A stretch of 63,826 nt of DNA, filler included, from Collodictyon triciliatum (lineage: Eukaryota): the NCBI GenBank assembly GCA_043381765.1. It is 8 parts of 8 records of this genome, joined end to end, with 100 filler letters (N's around TTAATTAATTAA, not from the genome) between each part and the next. Parts side by side here need not be neighbours in the genome. Positions count along the whole stretch, not along the records: positions 1 to 13,477 come from JBHJMP010000742.1; positions 13,578 to 27,523 come from JBHJMP010000744.1; 6 more parts are not named here. One strand, written 5' to 3'. Position 1 is the stretch's first letter. Every line of letters begins with the position of its first letter. Made by a program: the position numbers and the translations under genes. A model generated the notes under the pieces. It did not search any database. It saw nothing but the letters and a program-made list of their open reading frames with translations, and had not been told where the DNA came from. Below are positions 1 to 23,200 of this stretch, in pieces.

Positions 1-95
<95 letters not shown>

Positions 96-116
96 TAATT
101 AATTAATTAATTAATT
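1..116. repeat. (TAA)n microsatellite grading into (TAAT)n
   Basis: Direct reading. Confidence 0.95.
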
Positions 117-128
117 GGCGATTGACAT

Positions 129-9504
<9,376 letters not shown>

Positions 9505-11284
9505 CTGGTTTATTTCAGAAAAGAGTGAATGAAACTTTTAGAAAATAAATACTCTTTGGTGTAATTCTAATCATAATGTATGGAGTTGCATGAATATGTA
9601 GGCCTAATTCTGGTTTGCAGTTCATGTATATCTTGTTTGGCTATCCCTTCCGAATACAATACACCTTTAAGACTTTTTCTGGATCTTTTAGTTTACTTTT
9701 CCTTTCAGCTTGTGCAAGATGATGAATGGTTTGGCTTTGATTCGTTGGTCTTCTTTTGTACCAACTTTACTTCGCAGGCTTTCTCAAGTCTTCATTCAAT
9801 TGCAGTGTTTGTGTATATGTACATCGAGAATTACCATTATCTATTCGGTTGTATTGCTTTGTGTTTGTAGGAATAGTGTTTCTTATACCATCCGATTTTT
9901 CACATGAGAATTGAAATGCTATACATGTCAGTTTCACTTTCCTCGCGGTGGCACTAACATTATCTCGGTTATTAGATTACCAACCCGTGTTTTCTGTTTT
10001 TGGATATTACCCCAAGGAAATCTTTTGCTCTATATGTGTCAACTTTTGGCTTGAAACCGTTCAGCATCTATACAAACATACTAACACCCGAATCCAATTA
10101 ATCTCACAAGAATTGATAATGTAGAACTTCGACATATTCAATGCATTCACGTTTTTTCTTTTATTGATTTATATTAAAGTTTTGTTGTGTATGGATGCGA
10201 CGGTGCGCTTCTGGCCAATCTTTCGTTCAGTCGCGAATGGCTCCAAAGAGCTACAAAGATAACTACCAAAATTCTTGATATAGCGACTGTCTTGAATATG
10301 CATCGCTATTATTAGTGAAAATAGGCGGCCTTTGCTCATAGACCGTTACTTTGTTATGTCTTGTTCATTGCTATTTGGCGCGTTCCAAGTAAATAATCAA
10401 TGAATGTTGATTTTTTTGGATTTATTCTTTTGATTTTTAGTCGACTCGCGGCAAACCCTGTCTTTTCAAAAACGGACGAGGCCTAATGTACTTATGGGTG
10501 TCAATCCTGCCGAACGAAATATTCAAAAAAGAAAAGAATCTGTCCGCAGCTCTATCGGCTTGATTTATTGATGTTGAAGTGTTACGAAGTGAATCGGTTG
10601 GTTGCTCACTAAACCGACGATGAATTGGCTATTAAAAATGGCTTGGAAACCTAGATTTACAATTCGCCCGCATCCTGTCCCTCGCATTATTCTTTGTGGA
10701 AAATATACCTCACGGACAAAATAAATCTATGCTTGCTACCTGTCGCATAGATCGTAAAATAGACACCACATCGAAACGAAATAACGTCGTCTAGAATGCG
10801 GAGAAATTAAAGGTAGATTTCAGGAAGTCGCTTTGATGAAGCGATGAAAGAAAGCGTGCTTGTTATGAGAGCCATAATATTGTGGTGTTTAACAATCCTG
10901 TGGCACCGTAAAGAAAAAATCCAAACCCCTTCCTCCACTTGAATCAGATGAAGGGAAAAAGTATTGGGGTGTTTGGAGACCGCCCATTGTTGATTTTTTT
11001 GGTTTCTTTTCAACAGTTTATTGAGAGGAAACAAAGCCGAGGAAACCGCCTTCGCCTCGAGGACAAGAAATGAGCTGTGATGAGACAGTGGAAACCCCCA
11101 GGATTGTGTGGTTGCAGTCTTTTTTTTTNNNNNNNNNNNNNNNNNNNNNNNNNNNNNNNNNNNNNNNNNNNNNNNNNNNNNNNNNNNNNNNNNNNNNNNN
11201 NNNNNNNNNNNNNNNNNNNNNNNNNNNNTTTTTGGTTTCTTTTTTTTTTGGTTTTTTTCTGGTTTTTTGGTTTTTTCTGGTTTC

Positions 11285-11341
11285 ATACCTCGTAAAATTT
11301 TCTTTGAATCGAATAAAGGAAAAATATCTCGTAAAATTTTC
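11285..11341 (+). mobile_element. Micro-insertion family A copy 3 (21 bp) with 18-bp TSD
   Basis: ATACCTCGTAAAATTTTC (11285-11302) + TTTGAATCGAATAAAGGAAAA + ATATCTCGTAAAATTTTC (11324-11341); TSD 17/18 identical. Confidence 0.8.
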
Positions 11342-11544
11342 AGCTCTAAAATACCACATAATTTTTTTTCTTTCTTCGAAATCTACCTCATGAAATATGT
11401 AACATAGACTCAAAATCTAGTACCTTCCCTATTTGATCAGAGTTTCTGCTTGGGGAGGCTGGACGACTGTTAGATTCTCTTAATTGACGTTTTTTAGCAG
11501 CAATTTCTATAATAGTCGAAAGAACTGTAGTTAATATTCGATTT

Positions 11545-12241
11545 TTAAAGTTTAGCCATTTGGAACTCAAATCTCATCAAATCTATAATTCGCTTCACTT
11601 TAAGAAATATGCTGGGTAATTTCTAATGAATTACATGTTTGAATAGCTAATGAGGAAATTAATGCCTAGATTTTTTTTTAAAAAAAAAAACCAACATAAA
11701 ACACAACAAATGCATATTTGACCGTAATACGCACCCTGAAGATCCCAATCGTCAGGCGTTCCTATGGTTGGTTTTTCAATAGCCGCCCTGAAAAACAGTA
11801 CCAAAAAAGTTTGAGTTGCTGTGGAGCTAAAGTGTGATGTCGTAGTATTTATATAAGTGACATAGGAATAACTGCATATATAAATAATATTATATTTTCA
11901 ATATTTTTACAAGATTATCGAGATCATACAGCCTTATTTCAACTCAGTCTTTTTTTTTCTTCTTTACAAATTATGATACAGAATCTAACCTTAGTTTTGA
12001 AGATTCATGCAATTCGATGTCTGTGAGTGCGCCATCGTCTGTGAGTGGCGTAGATATATTCCGACGATTGTGAGTCGTGGAATAAGAGGAAACGGACGAG
12101 GTTGCCCATGTCCCAGGACTCTTTGGACGAAGAGAAGCATTTGTAGAGTAGAGACTCTCCAAGTCTGTATTGCATGGGTAGTGATTATAAAAGTAATATC
12201 CATAATAATCCTACATTATCTGGGTGTAGTTGACGGTTTTC

Positions 12242-12326
<85 letters not shown>

Positions 12327-12426
12327 NNNNNNNNNNNNNNNNNNNNNNNNNNNNNNNNNNNNNNNNNNNNNNNNNNNNNNNNNNNNNNNNNNNNNNNNNN
12401 NNNNNNNNNNNNNNNNNNNNNNNNNN

Positions 12427-12519
<93 letters not shown>

Positions 12520-13322
12520 TCTTTTAAAATTTACTCGGTATGAGAACTCGGTTGGGAATAATATGAGAGAAGATAAAAATTGTGAGAGGCCATGAAGACG
12601 TTATTGGAAAAAAAGGATTATTCGAAAGATTTTAAGACATATCAATAAATATAATAACTCAAAGAGAGAAGTATGAAGCCTATACCAAGGGCGTGTGATG
12701 AAACTCCACGCTGAAGAAGGACGACTGTATGGACATTGGCATTTGCACCACTTAGATTTACAATGGGAGGTTCACTTTGTACGTACGGGGTGTTTGGAGG
12801 AATGCCTTTACGGCGGATGGGTGTTGATGCTCGTATTGAAGGTATTCTGTTTTTCACATATTGAGTTTTTGTTTTTTGTTTTTTGTTTTTTGTTTTTTGT
12901 TTTTTGTTTCAGCTTGCCGCAGGTGATTTGCACAAAAATGTGGATCTACGATTGCAGACAAGGGGATATATATCGTAGAATGGGTGTTGTGAAGAAAGGA
13001 TGGCATGGAATTGGTCCCAGGTATTCGTCACTTTTGACTTACGTATCACCCATGGAGAAAAAAAGTATTGAAAGACAAAAGAAAAAAGAAACAAAAGGGT
13101 ACATAAATGAAAGGAAAAGGGTCTAGATAAAAAAAAAATCCTTTATTCGATTCAATTAAAAGGGTATAGATAATAAACCAACACAAAATTAAACAACACA
13201 AGACAAAGCATAACCGAAGAAAAAAAATGAAAGGAAAATAAATAAAACCTGGTTGGAGAAATGCGCCCTCTTCTGACAACGGACTCGGGGATGAGGGAAG
13301 CACTTGATGATCTCATGCCAGC
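11545..13322 (-). CDS. 3' part of a hypothetical Ser/Thr-rich protein (5' end lost at scaffold edge; upstream exons unresolved)
   Basis: The last three exons splice in phase: ...TDIELHESSKLR|AAIEKPTIGTPDDWDLQGAYY|DLMRFEFQMAKL*. A further candidate exon at 13249-13322 has AG/GT ends. No recognisable domain. Confidence 0.45.
13115..13173 (-). mobile_element. Micro-insertion family A copy 4 (27 bp) with 16-bp TSD
   Basis: AAAAGGGTCTAGATAA (13115-13130) + AAAAAAAATCCTTTATTCGATTCAATT + AAAAGGGTATAGATAA (13158-13173); TSD 15/16 identical; core on minus strand. Confidence 0.7.
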
Positions 13323-13477
13323 TGCAATAGATGATTACTGAAATAGAAAATGCTGAGCCTCTTTTTTTCTTGCTCTTATTGTATTGTATTGTATTGTATT
13401 GTATTGTATTGTATTGTATTGTATTGTATTGTATTGTATTGTATTGTATTGTATTGTATTGTATTGTATTGTATTGT

Positions 13478-13577
13478 NNNNNNNNNNNNNNNNNNNNNNN
13501 NNNNNNNNNNNNNNNNNNNNNTTAATTAATTAANNNNNNNNNNNNNNNNNNNNNNNNNNNNNNNNNNNNNNNNNNNN
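13478..13577. other. Artificial scaffold spacer
   Basis: 44 N + TTAATTAATTAA (13522-13533; stops in all six frames) + 44 N. Confidence 0.95.
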
Positions 13578-14122
13578 TTTTTCTCTTTTTCTCTTTTTCT
13601 CTTTTTCTCTTTTTCTCTTTTTCTCTTTTTCTCTTTTTCTCTTTTTCTCTTTTTCTCTTTTTCTCTTTTTCTCTTGTTCTCTTGTTCTCTTGTTCTCTTG
13701 TTCTCTTGTTCTTTTTTTTCTCTTGTTCTCTTGTTCTTTCACTTTTACTTTTACTTTTACTTTTACTTTTTAACATCCTTCCCTTAGATTATCATAACTG
13801 AATCAAAAAGAAATCTAATTTTGTGATTTTAATCGGCAGATATTGCACCCATCGCAACAATTGGCTCTCCTTTGCACTTGCGCATCACGTTGAAGAACAA
13901 CAGCACAGTAAACCTTTTCAGAATTATCCAAACAGAATTTAATGGACCAAAAGAAAGAAAATGAAAGAAATATCAATCGACTTTGAATTAACGACCACAA
14001 AATCTTGAAAGATTATCCTTTTTAACATATCATTTTTATGTTAAATTAAATTTTATTGTTTTTGATTCTTCCTATTCGACCCAGGGCTGATAAACAACCC
14101 TTTTTTTTTTTACAAACTTACA

Positions 14123-15241
14123 GGCCATATATGAGATGGGACTGAATGCAAGCGATAGCGAATCGTTCATTTTCTCAGGCATCCGCTCAGCAAAGTTTTT
14201 CGTCGTACCAAACGGCACCAGAACAGTGTCATTCACCCTTGTATAACACATACATGCATACATACATACATACATACATACATACATACATACATACATA
14301 CATACATACATACATACATACATACATACATACATACATACATACATACATACAAACAAACAAACAAACAAACAAACAAACAAACAAACAAACAAACAAA
14401 CAAACAAACAAACAAACAACCCCCACGAACCACAACCGCAGATTCCCCTGACGACCGGGCACGTGCTTCTGCCAAAGATTCAACTCACCAGTCTTCGCCA
14501 GAACACAGAAGAAGCCAGTTCGCTGAAGGAGCGTTCGATCTTTGTTTACCCCACACACACGCCCTGATGTGGCCCCATCACGCGGAGGAGAAGAAAAGCT
14601 TTGATGCGGGCCGGATTTGCAAGGGGTGTGTGACCGACAGGTTTTATTCCACGCGTCGCAACTACTCGAGTTGCCAACCACAAAGACACAATAAAAAGAC
14701 AAGAAGAATGAAGAGTGCGACAAGGCAATCAGGCCGTCCAGGCTGCCCTGTTGTTGCTTTCAACGGGAGGCCAATTGCGCAAGAAGCCGGCCACATACCC
14801 GCTGGGAAGAAGGAGGGGAGGAGGAACTGCGGCGGGGTCGCAGACGAGGCGAGGCGTAGTGGACTTCTTTTTTAATGCGTAAATAACAGAGCTTTGCAAG
14901 TTGTCAGGGTGGGGTGTATGAAGACTGGCTGGGGGAAAAGAGGCAGGGAATCGGAGGGTCGCGGATGTGGAACGAAAAGGAGGGGAAGGCAGCAAAGGAA
15001 GCAAAAGGACGTGTGCGGGTGGCTCGCATGACCTCTGCTCTGGTGTGCTCTTGCATGTCGGGATGTCGTCAGGCCGGACTCTTCGTCGCAGGCGTGGCAG
15101 ACTGTGCACCGGAGGGCCAAGGAAGGGAACGGGCGAAGGCGGCCACACGGGAAAAGGACGCCGGTGTTTGCCCGGTGAATGCGCTCTGCGTTGCTCCCCG
15201 CGTGGATTGGAATATGGCATTCCGGGGCGTGCAAAGGGCAT
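14123..15241 (-). CDS. Hypothetical Pro/Arg-rich multi-exon gene, structure unresolved
   Basis: GC-rich segment with AG/GT-bounded candidate exons 14799-14866 and 14123-14237 (VNDTVLVPFGTTKNFAERMPEK...). No domain recognised. Confidence 0.3.
14249..14419. repeat. Compound (ACAT)n-(ACAA)n microsatellite
   Basis: Direct reading; source of several spurious ORFs. Confidence 0.95.
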
Positions 15242-15402
15242 TGCTTCGGGCCCAGGCGTGCGCTTCTAGATTTGCGTGTGGTGGGGCTTCTCGGGGGTTT
15301 CGGGCAGAAGTCTTTCGAAGACTGACTCGTTCAAGAGCCCCGACTCGGTGATTTCGGTCTTTTCGGTGTAAATAGAGTGCCCAACAATGTCGTCGTCGTC
15401 AT

Positions 15403-18400
15403 CTAGGTGTTCCGTCGTGCGGATGAATATTTGTCAGCAGTGCGCTTTGCGTACGGGTCAGGGATGGATGATATATGTTTATGTGCAATGGTGTGAAAAT
15501 ATATGAGGATTCGTATGGATATGGATGTGGATATGGACATGGACATGGACATGTTTGATTCAGGAGACAAAGCACCTTCGATGTACGTAGAGATGGACTG
15601 ATTTAGAGGGGAGCTCATTGACATGTCGATGGTATAGGTTTCGTATGACTCTATCTGCGGTATAGGCGCAGTCAGCGACCCATTCAGTGAGCCCTACAAA
15701 AGATGTGGTTTTTTTTTTTTTTTTGTCATCGGTTATGTTTTTGGAGGAGGACAAAATTTAATCAAAGAATGAGTAAGCTGATGCCTTTCAGACAGAAGAA
15801 GTCTTGTTTGGTGGGTAAAGAGGGAACCACCGAAAATATGTCTTGAATGGTGATAAAGGAAGGAACAGTCGCATAATGCACGCAGAGGAGGGTCATTTGA
15901 GCCCAGCAGTAAGATTGGATGGTTGGGGATGGATACGAGTATATTGGTGATTACCTCCATCTTTCCTGTTGGAGGAGACAGTGGGTAGGAGGACGCAGAC
16001 CCGTTTAGAGACGTCGCAGGAGAGTTGCGCAGGCTCTCTTCGCGGTAACGGAATTCTGCCTCGCGCTTTCGGAAACTATTTTAAAAAAATTATGAAAAAA
16101 GGGTTGCTGCTGCTTCCGATGTTAGTGGAATAGAGTATAAAAACATACATACACAAGACATGTACACTTAATTAGATGAGCAAAAGCTCATGAATAGTCC
16201 TTCTGAAGGAAACAAAAGCCAAACGATTTAATGAATCAAAGCAAAAAAAAAAAAAAACTGGATATTTCGTCGACATTCATAAGTCATGACTATTGCAAAC
16301 CTTTTGACTTTCTTTCCAAAGTTGACGCGGAAGAGGTCTGATTTGCTGTCGTTTAGGTTAACTCCGCGGGCTACTCTCGCGGGCGGAGATGCCGATGAGG
16401 GCACGATTACGATGGCTTGTGGTTTGCCGGTATCCGGTCCTGGGCGTTGCTGAGCCTTTGTTGGTGTGACCGGAATCTCGGGCAACCCGGGTGCGGTGGC
16501 TGCGATGTTGGACACCAGTTGTTCTGGTTTCTCCGGCTCGATTGCAGGGGCAGGTCTGGGCCGTGGAGGATTCAGCCACGGATGACGGAGAATGTTGCGC
16601 ATAGTGATCCGTTCGTTTGGATCCAACTATCAAAAAAAAAAAAAAAAGGAGAAAAAAGGAAGAAAAACCTAAGATACAATGGTGCAGATATGGGAATTTA
16701 TCCTCTATTTCCCAAATGAGAGGTTTCAAAGATGTTGCCTTAGATTAAAAAAAGAAAGGAAAACTGGGTCACGAAGTGGGATTAGAATAGATAGAATTTT
16801 TCTGGGATATTGAAATAGATGCGTGTCTAGGCAAGGAAAAGACTTAGAAGAACTAAGGCTTTTAATAAGAGTGCCGGAAACATACTGTGAACATTTTGCG
16901 AATCAAATCATGGGAAAGCGGGTCACCAGAACTGGGAAGATGAAATGACCCCGATTTGATCATCTCATTTAAAATACTGATGTTATTATTATAAAACGGG
17001 AAGCGATTGTAGAGCATTGTGTAAAGGATTACTCCGATCGACCAAACATCCGCAGAGTAAGAGTAGGGCTATTTTATGGGGAAGACCACGATTAAAAAAA
17101 AAAAATAGATGAGTGGTGTATCTGACAACACAATTTGCTATGAGCCTCATTTTCTTAAATTCGAACATCCAAAAAAAAAAAAAAAAAACGTAAAGGTAAA
17201 CGTGAAGATCGAGAGCTTATACTTTCCCCTGAATCATTTCTGGGGCTCTATATACTGGAGTTCCGCAAACAGTGCGTAGTAGGTCAGTGGAGGTCGTGTT
17301 GGACAAGCCAAAGTCAGATATTTTAATCTTTGTTGGAAAATAAGTGGTGAAAAGAGCAAGGGAGAGAGAAAAATAGATTAATTACTGGTACGCAAAATCT
17401 TGCAAGATTACAGACCGAGCAGAATGGGAAAGGGGTGGCCTTATTTCCAAATTTATGAATCAAAGGATAATTTGACTGAAGAAATATGACTTCATCTGGC
17501 CCCAAAAAAAAACAAATATTTGATCAGAAGGGTAACTAATTAGAGGGAAAAAGGTTCAGTTCGTTTAGTTATACCTTTTTATCATTGTCCGTGATAAGTA
17601 TGTTTTCCAGCTTCATGTCCCTGTGGATGATCTGATATTGATGACAGTAGTAGATGCCTTCCACAATTTGGAGGAATAAGTGTTTAGCCTCTTCATTACT
17701 CAAACAACCCTTCTCATCAATGTAATCAAGAAGGTCGCCTCCGTGAGCGAGCTCCATCACGAGATAGATCATGTTCTCATATTCCAAACAATCGTAAAGC
17801 TTGATGATGTTCTGTTTTAAACCAAATGTATTAACGCGATGAAGAAACGTGCTTGTTTGCATTATATAGCGATTTGTGGGAAGCAAAATATGAAACCAGC
17901 CGAAAAATTAATGTACGGAGCAAAAGTGAATCATATATAATAATCCAATGGGATATATTGAAATCTCTCGAGGCCAAACATTCCTTCAGCAGAGGAAATT
18001 ACAGGAGATTGGGATTGGTAAGGCAAAAAAAAAAAAATCTAGTAACAACACGATAACATATCTTACATCATGGTGAAATAGCTTCTTCAATGTAAAGACT
18101 TCACGCTGCACACGCTCCTAAGGTAGATTAGAAGAATATCAGTCGCTTGGATTAAAAGAGACAAGAAAGCATGGAAATAAAAAAAAGGCAAACACAAACC
18201 CAAAAATGAATGTAGGGAATGAACATGATAGAGCAACAGAAGTTTTGGTTGACATCTGGTTCTAATTAGGTTAATCAATCAAATCAAATGCAAACCAAAT
18301 AGTCTGAGCTAAGTCTCTGCCTGTTGTATGATTTGACAGCGTACTCGATGCCTGTCGTTGTGTCCACCGCGAGCTTGACCTAGGATTTGAACGAAAACTT

Positions 18401-19229
18401 AACCTCGCATTAATCAGACACAGTCACAGGAACACATTTTGGGAGGATCTTGAATTCATGTGATCTATTCATTTGAAATAAGCATAGTTTCATTTCTGTG
18501 CGCTTCTTAGATGTGGATTGAACCTAAAAAAAAAAAAATAATAATCGAATAATAGCCATAATAGGAATACCCAAGGAGGAGGATCGGATCAACAAACCTT
18601 GCCGAACGCGCCCTCTCCTATTGTTCGGATAATTCTGTACTTTCCAATCATTTTGTTGTTTTCGCCGGGTGCATCCGGAGTTCTTGCGGGGTAGCTGACA
18701 CCGATTTTCGATATCATTGGAGAGTAAGTGTTTGTCGGAACAGCCACAGGGCGGCTCTGTAGAAATGAGTTGATTAAGCACGGATCTCCCCAAAGGAAAG
18801 AAAATGAGGCAACGCGTGATCGAGTGTAAGTATGCGCGAATATCTCATGGCAAATATGGAGCTGGATAATGAGTCAAACGCAGCAAAGAAGCTGCCGCAA
18901 CCACTCTCAGCTCGGCGCAACAGACGAGGCTGTCGGCCAGGCCGCTGGGCCGTGGGAATACTGACCTGGTTGGAAGTCCAGCCAAACTGCGGCGAGGAAT
19001 ACGGCACGGAAGGCATGGGTGGCCGTGGCGCGTGGTTGTGTATGGTGTACGGGGATGTGTGCATCACTGTGTTGCCGAGCGGCTTACTGTGAAACACTGG
19101 TGTTCCAAACGCATTGGTTTTAGGCGCCACGTATGACACTGGTGGTCGTGCTGCGCCTGCATACATATTTGGCCCGCTCGTCCGTCCGAACAGAAACGGC
19201 GACCCGGGGCTCGTGTGGTACTGGTTCAT
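15403..19229 (-). CDS. Ser/Thr protein kinase, CAMK group (AMPK/SNF1/MARK-related) with Pro/Ser-rich N- and C-terminal extensions
   Basis: Spliced exons give KYRIIRTIGEGAFGK|VKLAVDTTTGIEYAVK...QREVFTLKKLFHHD|NIIKLY...IIHRDMKLENIL...|IKISDFGLSN...TVCGTPVYRAPE...ADVWSIGVILY...LDPNERIT...HPWL. All catalytic motifs are present; the exact stop is less certain. Confidence 0.93.
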
Positions 19230-20286
19230 CCTTCCGTGTGCGATGCTATCATTGTATTATTAGCTGATGTTTTTTTTTGGATTTTGGGGGGTTTTTTGGG
19301 GTTTTGGGGTTTTTTTTGGGTTTTTTGGGTTTTTTGGGGTTTTTGGGTTTTTTGGGGTTTTTGGTTTTTTTGGTTTTTTTGGTTTTTTGGTTTTTTTTGG
19401 TTTTTTTTTGGTTTTTTTTGGTTTTTTTGGTTTTTTTTGGTTTTTTTTGGTTTTTTTTGGTTTTTTTTGGTTTTTTTTGGTTTTTTTTGTTTTTTTTTNN
19501 NNNNNNNNNNNNNNNNNNNNNNNNNNNNNNNNNNNNNNNNNNNNNNNNNNNNNNNNNNNNNNNNNNNNNNNNNNNNNNNNNNNNNNNNNNNNNNNNNNTT
19601 TTTGGTTTTTTTGGTTTTTTTGGTTTTTTTGGTTTTTTTGGTTTTTTTGGTTTTTTTGGTTTTTTTGGTTTTTTTTTTATGGTAAATGTGGGGCTGAGGC
19701 TATTGCTTTAATTTCTTTCTCTCTGTGTCATTGGTGCACTCAGTTACACAGATGGGCAGACAATGAACCGACCCCGCTCTTTTCAGAACCGCAAAAGTCG
19801 TCTGAGACCCCGCGAGTCGACCCGCTTGCGGCCGGTGGGCTGCCTTCGTTGCGGCGGACGAGAACGCGATCCGCAAAGACACAAGGCTTCGAGCGGTGTT
19901 TGATAAAGTTTCGCGACAAGGGGATGAGCTATGAGATTCGTGACTGGATTAGGCCAGCAGCCGCCCTTATTTGGACATATATTTTTTTTTGAAATTTTGA
20001 AAGTTCAAATGCTCCTCCCAATGAATAGTATTCAATGAATACGTCTAATTGTGGTATGAACGCCTATTTTGAGGGCGCTCGACTGAAGGGGTTGAATCTT
20101 CGGCACCATTGAATCTAGTCATCGCTTTTCCATCCGAAATGACAAAGGTTTCTTACGCCTGAGAGCTGCAAGAAGAAGGGAAGGAGGAGAGAGGCAGGTT
20201 TTGATACAAAGCACGCGTAATAAAAAAAATTTTATTTGTTCTTCTTTGAGGTCATAAATCGCGGTCTGTATGAGATAATATGCTGG

Positions 20287-23200
20287 TCAAAGGTCTTCAA
20301 TTTTGGTCCACTGGACAAGACTGATTTCTCCAGTGAAGATGACAAGTGGTTCGCTTAGTTGGGTCATGACATGATCTACGAAAGGCATCCAGTAGCCGGT
20401 GGCGAGGAAAAATATAATCCACAGGACATTTAAGGTAAGCAACAGAATCGACAACCACTCAGACACGTCGTATAACTCATACAGTAGCGTCAGAAAGAAT
20501 GATGCGTATATCAAGTACAAGCTGGACAGCTCCATGTAATTGTCGATGCTGCTCTTATATGGCTGGAAGCGAATTTGTAGCCATATGGAGAGCTGTATAA
20601 TCCGTTCAAAAACATTAGAGGGAATTCTTGGGAAACGCGCTGTCCCACAATTTTGTAAAGAGAACAGAACTCCCGTTACTAAGATGGTGTACTATTTATA
20701 AGATACATAAGGAGATAATAGATGGTAAATCACCTGGATGACAGCAAATACTGAGATGTACAAGACAGATGGGCTGGTATAAGGAATAACCACAATCATA
20801 AGCGACAAGCACAATCGTCGAAGAAGCACCGCAAATTCCCAAAAGTAGTATTCCTATCATTCATAAAGATATTAGTAAAACTATAGGGATTGAGCAGCAT
20901 ATCTAACAGAGCGCACTATAGTATTGGAGTAGAAATAAATCGTTACATCTTCGTACGGCAGAGTGATAAATGAATATCGAGGGTCCTCAATACCATCATA
21001 AAAATTTTTGTATTGTTTACATTTTCTCCACAAAAATATCGGAAATCCAATAATGAAAAGTATCAGGACAGGTACTGACAATCCTAACATGGTCAAATAT
21101 TCTGTCGAAGCTAGACGACAACGAACCCATTCAAATCTGTTCAGATACCATTCGCCAGTTCCGCCATCGTAGAGAGTGCACCCCATAGCCCCAAAAACAT
21201 CTTGGGATATTGGGAAGTATATAAAAAACAGTAGGCTTGCCAGTATGTATATTATCTAGGGGAAAAATATCAGTGATGATGCATGCTTGAAGATTCAATT
21301 GACTTATTTTTTGTCGTTTGTTTTTTTGTTTTTTGTTTGTCCCTTTTTTTTAAAAAATTGAATATTAACCTTGTTTCGATAAATAGGGAATAATTTGTAG
21401 AATATAGCTCCAGTCATAATGGCTATTGGTATTTGAGAGATGCTAAACAACAGCAATAGAACAGGGTCATTTGTTCCATAAATGCATGATATATTGGGCA
21501 ATTTCAAATACCCCAACGAAAAGGAATAATGGAATATGCTGCTTGTAGATGTTGAAGAACTCGACAATGTTGACCCAATGATGGACAATGATTGAACGTG
21601 GAATATTATGACCCGAAGCTTCGCTGTGAATAATACGATTAATAAAGAGGACCGAAAAGACGAACAAGAAAAAAAATTAACAATTACCTGACTTGGACGA
21701 TTCAAACTTGAACAGAAAACAAACAAAAAGGATAAAGGATATCGATATTGCGACAGTAGCTAATATATTTGATATAGAGTTGCACTCGACACAATGACCA
21801 AGTTGTTTCCCGTATCCAACGCTGCACTTCGAACATACCCGCTCTTCGTTACCCTCCTTGCATATGCTACTTATACTCTTGGAAACATTATATGGATAAC
21901 TTGACCGTAAAATTTCGGCATGACAAGACTTGGGTACTGGACATCGGATGATTTCTTTCATTTCTTGCAAATTGGGAGGTGATGGAAAGCAATTTGATAG
22001 AGAATCTCCTGAATTACATTCGCAGCCACTAGGACATTCCAAGCATTTATTGCCAGTCCCAAAGTGATTTGGTAAGCATTGACATGTTACGAAGTCATAA
22101 TATGAGGATGGAATATTGATAAGAGAATGTGAGAGTGCTGGATTAATGACGACAGGACATTGGTAACTATCCGTCGCCTTTGATAGCTCGTAAACTGTCG
22201 AAAAGACCAACACATCTGGGAGCACTCTGCCAGAAACTTCCACCTCCATCTCAGTGCCTTCAATAGACATAACAGACAAGTCATTAAACTGACTCATTCC
22301 TATAGGTAGAGGCCCACTAAGCTTCGAGTTCCCGAATAGATCGACTCTCCTTAGCTTTTTAGGCTGTGTCCATTCAGGGAGTGTTCCATTGAGTTGGTTT
22401 GATGAAAGATTCAAATCGGTGAGAAACTTGTTTTTAAAGTCGGGTACGGAACCTGTATATTTACATGTTGGTACCAAAAATCCATTTATGCATCGATTTG
22501 CTCATAAATTGGCAAAATTGAATTGCTTTTTTTTCTCAATTTTTTTTTTAGATTCAGAACCATTTACGCACTATGAAGGCCAGAAATCTCATTTAAAAAT
22601 TATAATACACTTGAGTATTTTAACCACCTGTAAGATTATTTTTTGATAAATCCAGTGTTTGAAGAATGTAGGGCATCAGTACAGGTGAAACTATGAAGAA
22701 GAAAATGTATTAATATCTGGTATACTTGGAATTTATGTGAGTCAAGCGAATCTTTACAATTAGTAAGTTGGTTGTTGGATGCGATGAGCGTCAGCATGTT
22801 ATTACACTCTGTGAAAACAGGTACTGCACCTTGATTTTTTTTAGACAAAATGTGTAAGGAAAAAGGCATAAAAATGTATTGATATAAAAGATACAGTCTG
22901 GCGCAACTGTTTGCTGGTTGGTTTTGTGAAAAGAAAATACTGATTAAGCAAACACCGAATTCACATCTATATGAAACCAAACGTGATAGTTTGTTAAGGA
23001 GAGGATAATTATCTGAAATTAGTTATGTAAACCTGTAAGCTTGTTGAAAGACATATCCACCCACATGAGAGAGTTAATCCGCCGGAATGAAGGGATGGTT
23101 CCTTCAAGAAATTATTAATACTCTGACATTATTAAATGCAAAAAAAAAAAAAAAAAATTGAAGGAACTAAGTTTCTGACTTTTTTCTGCCTTTCTTGGTT

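Noticed and set aside
1-116. (TAA)n at the window start as a telomere
   Set aside because: The same repeat occurs internally (2184-2293, 12242-12517); it is an ordinary microsatellite.
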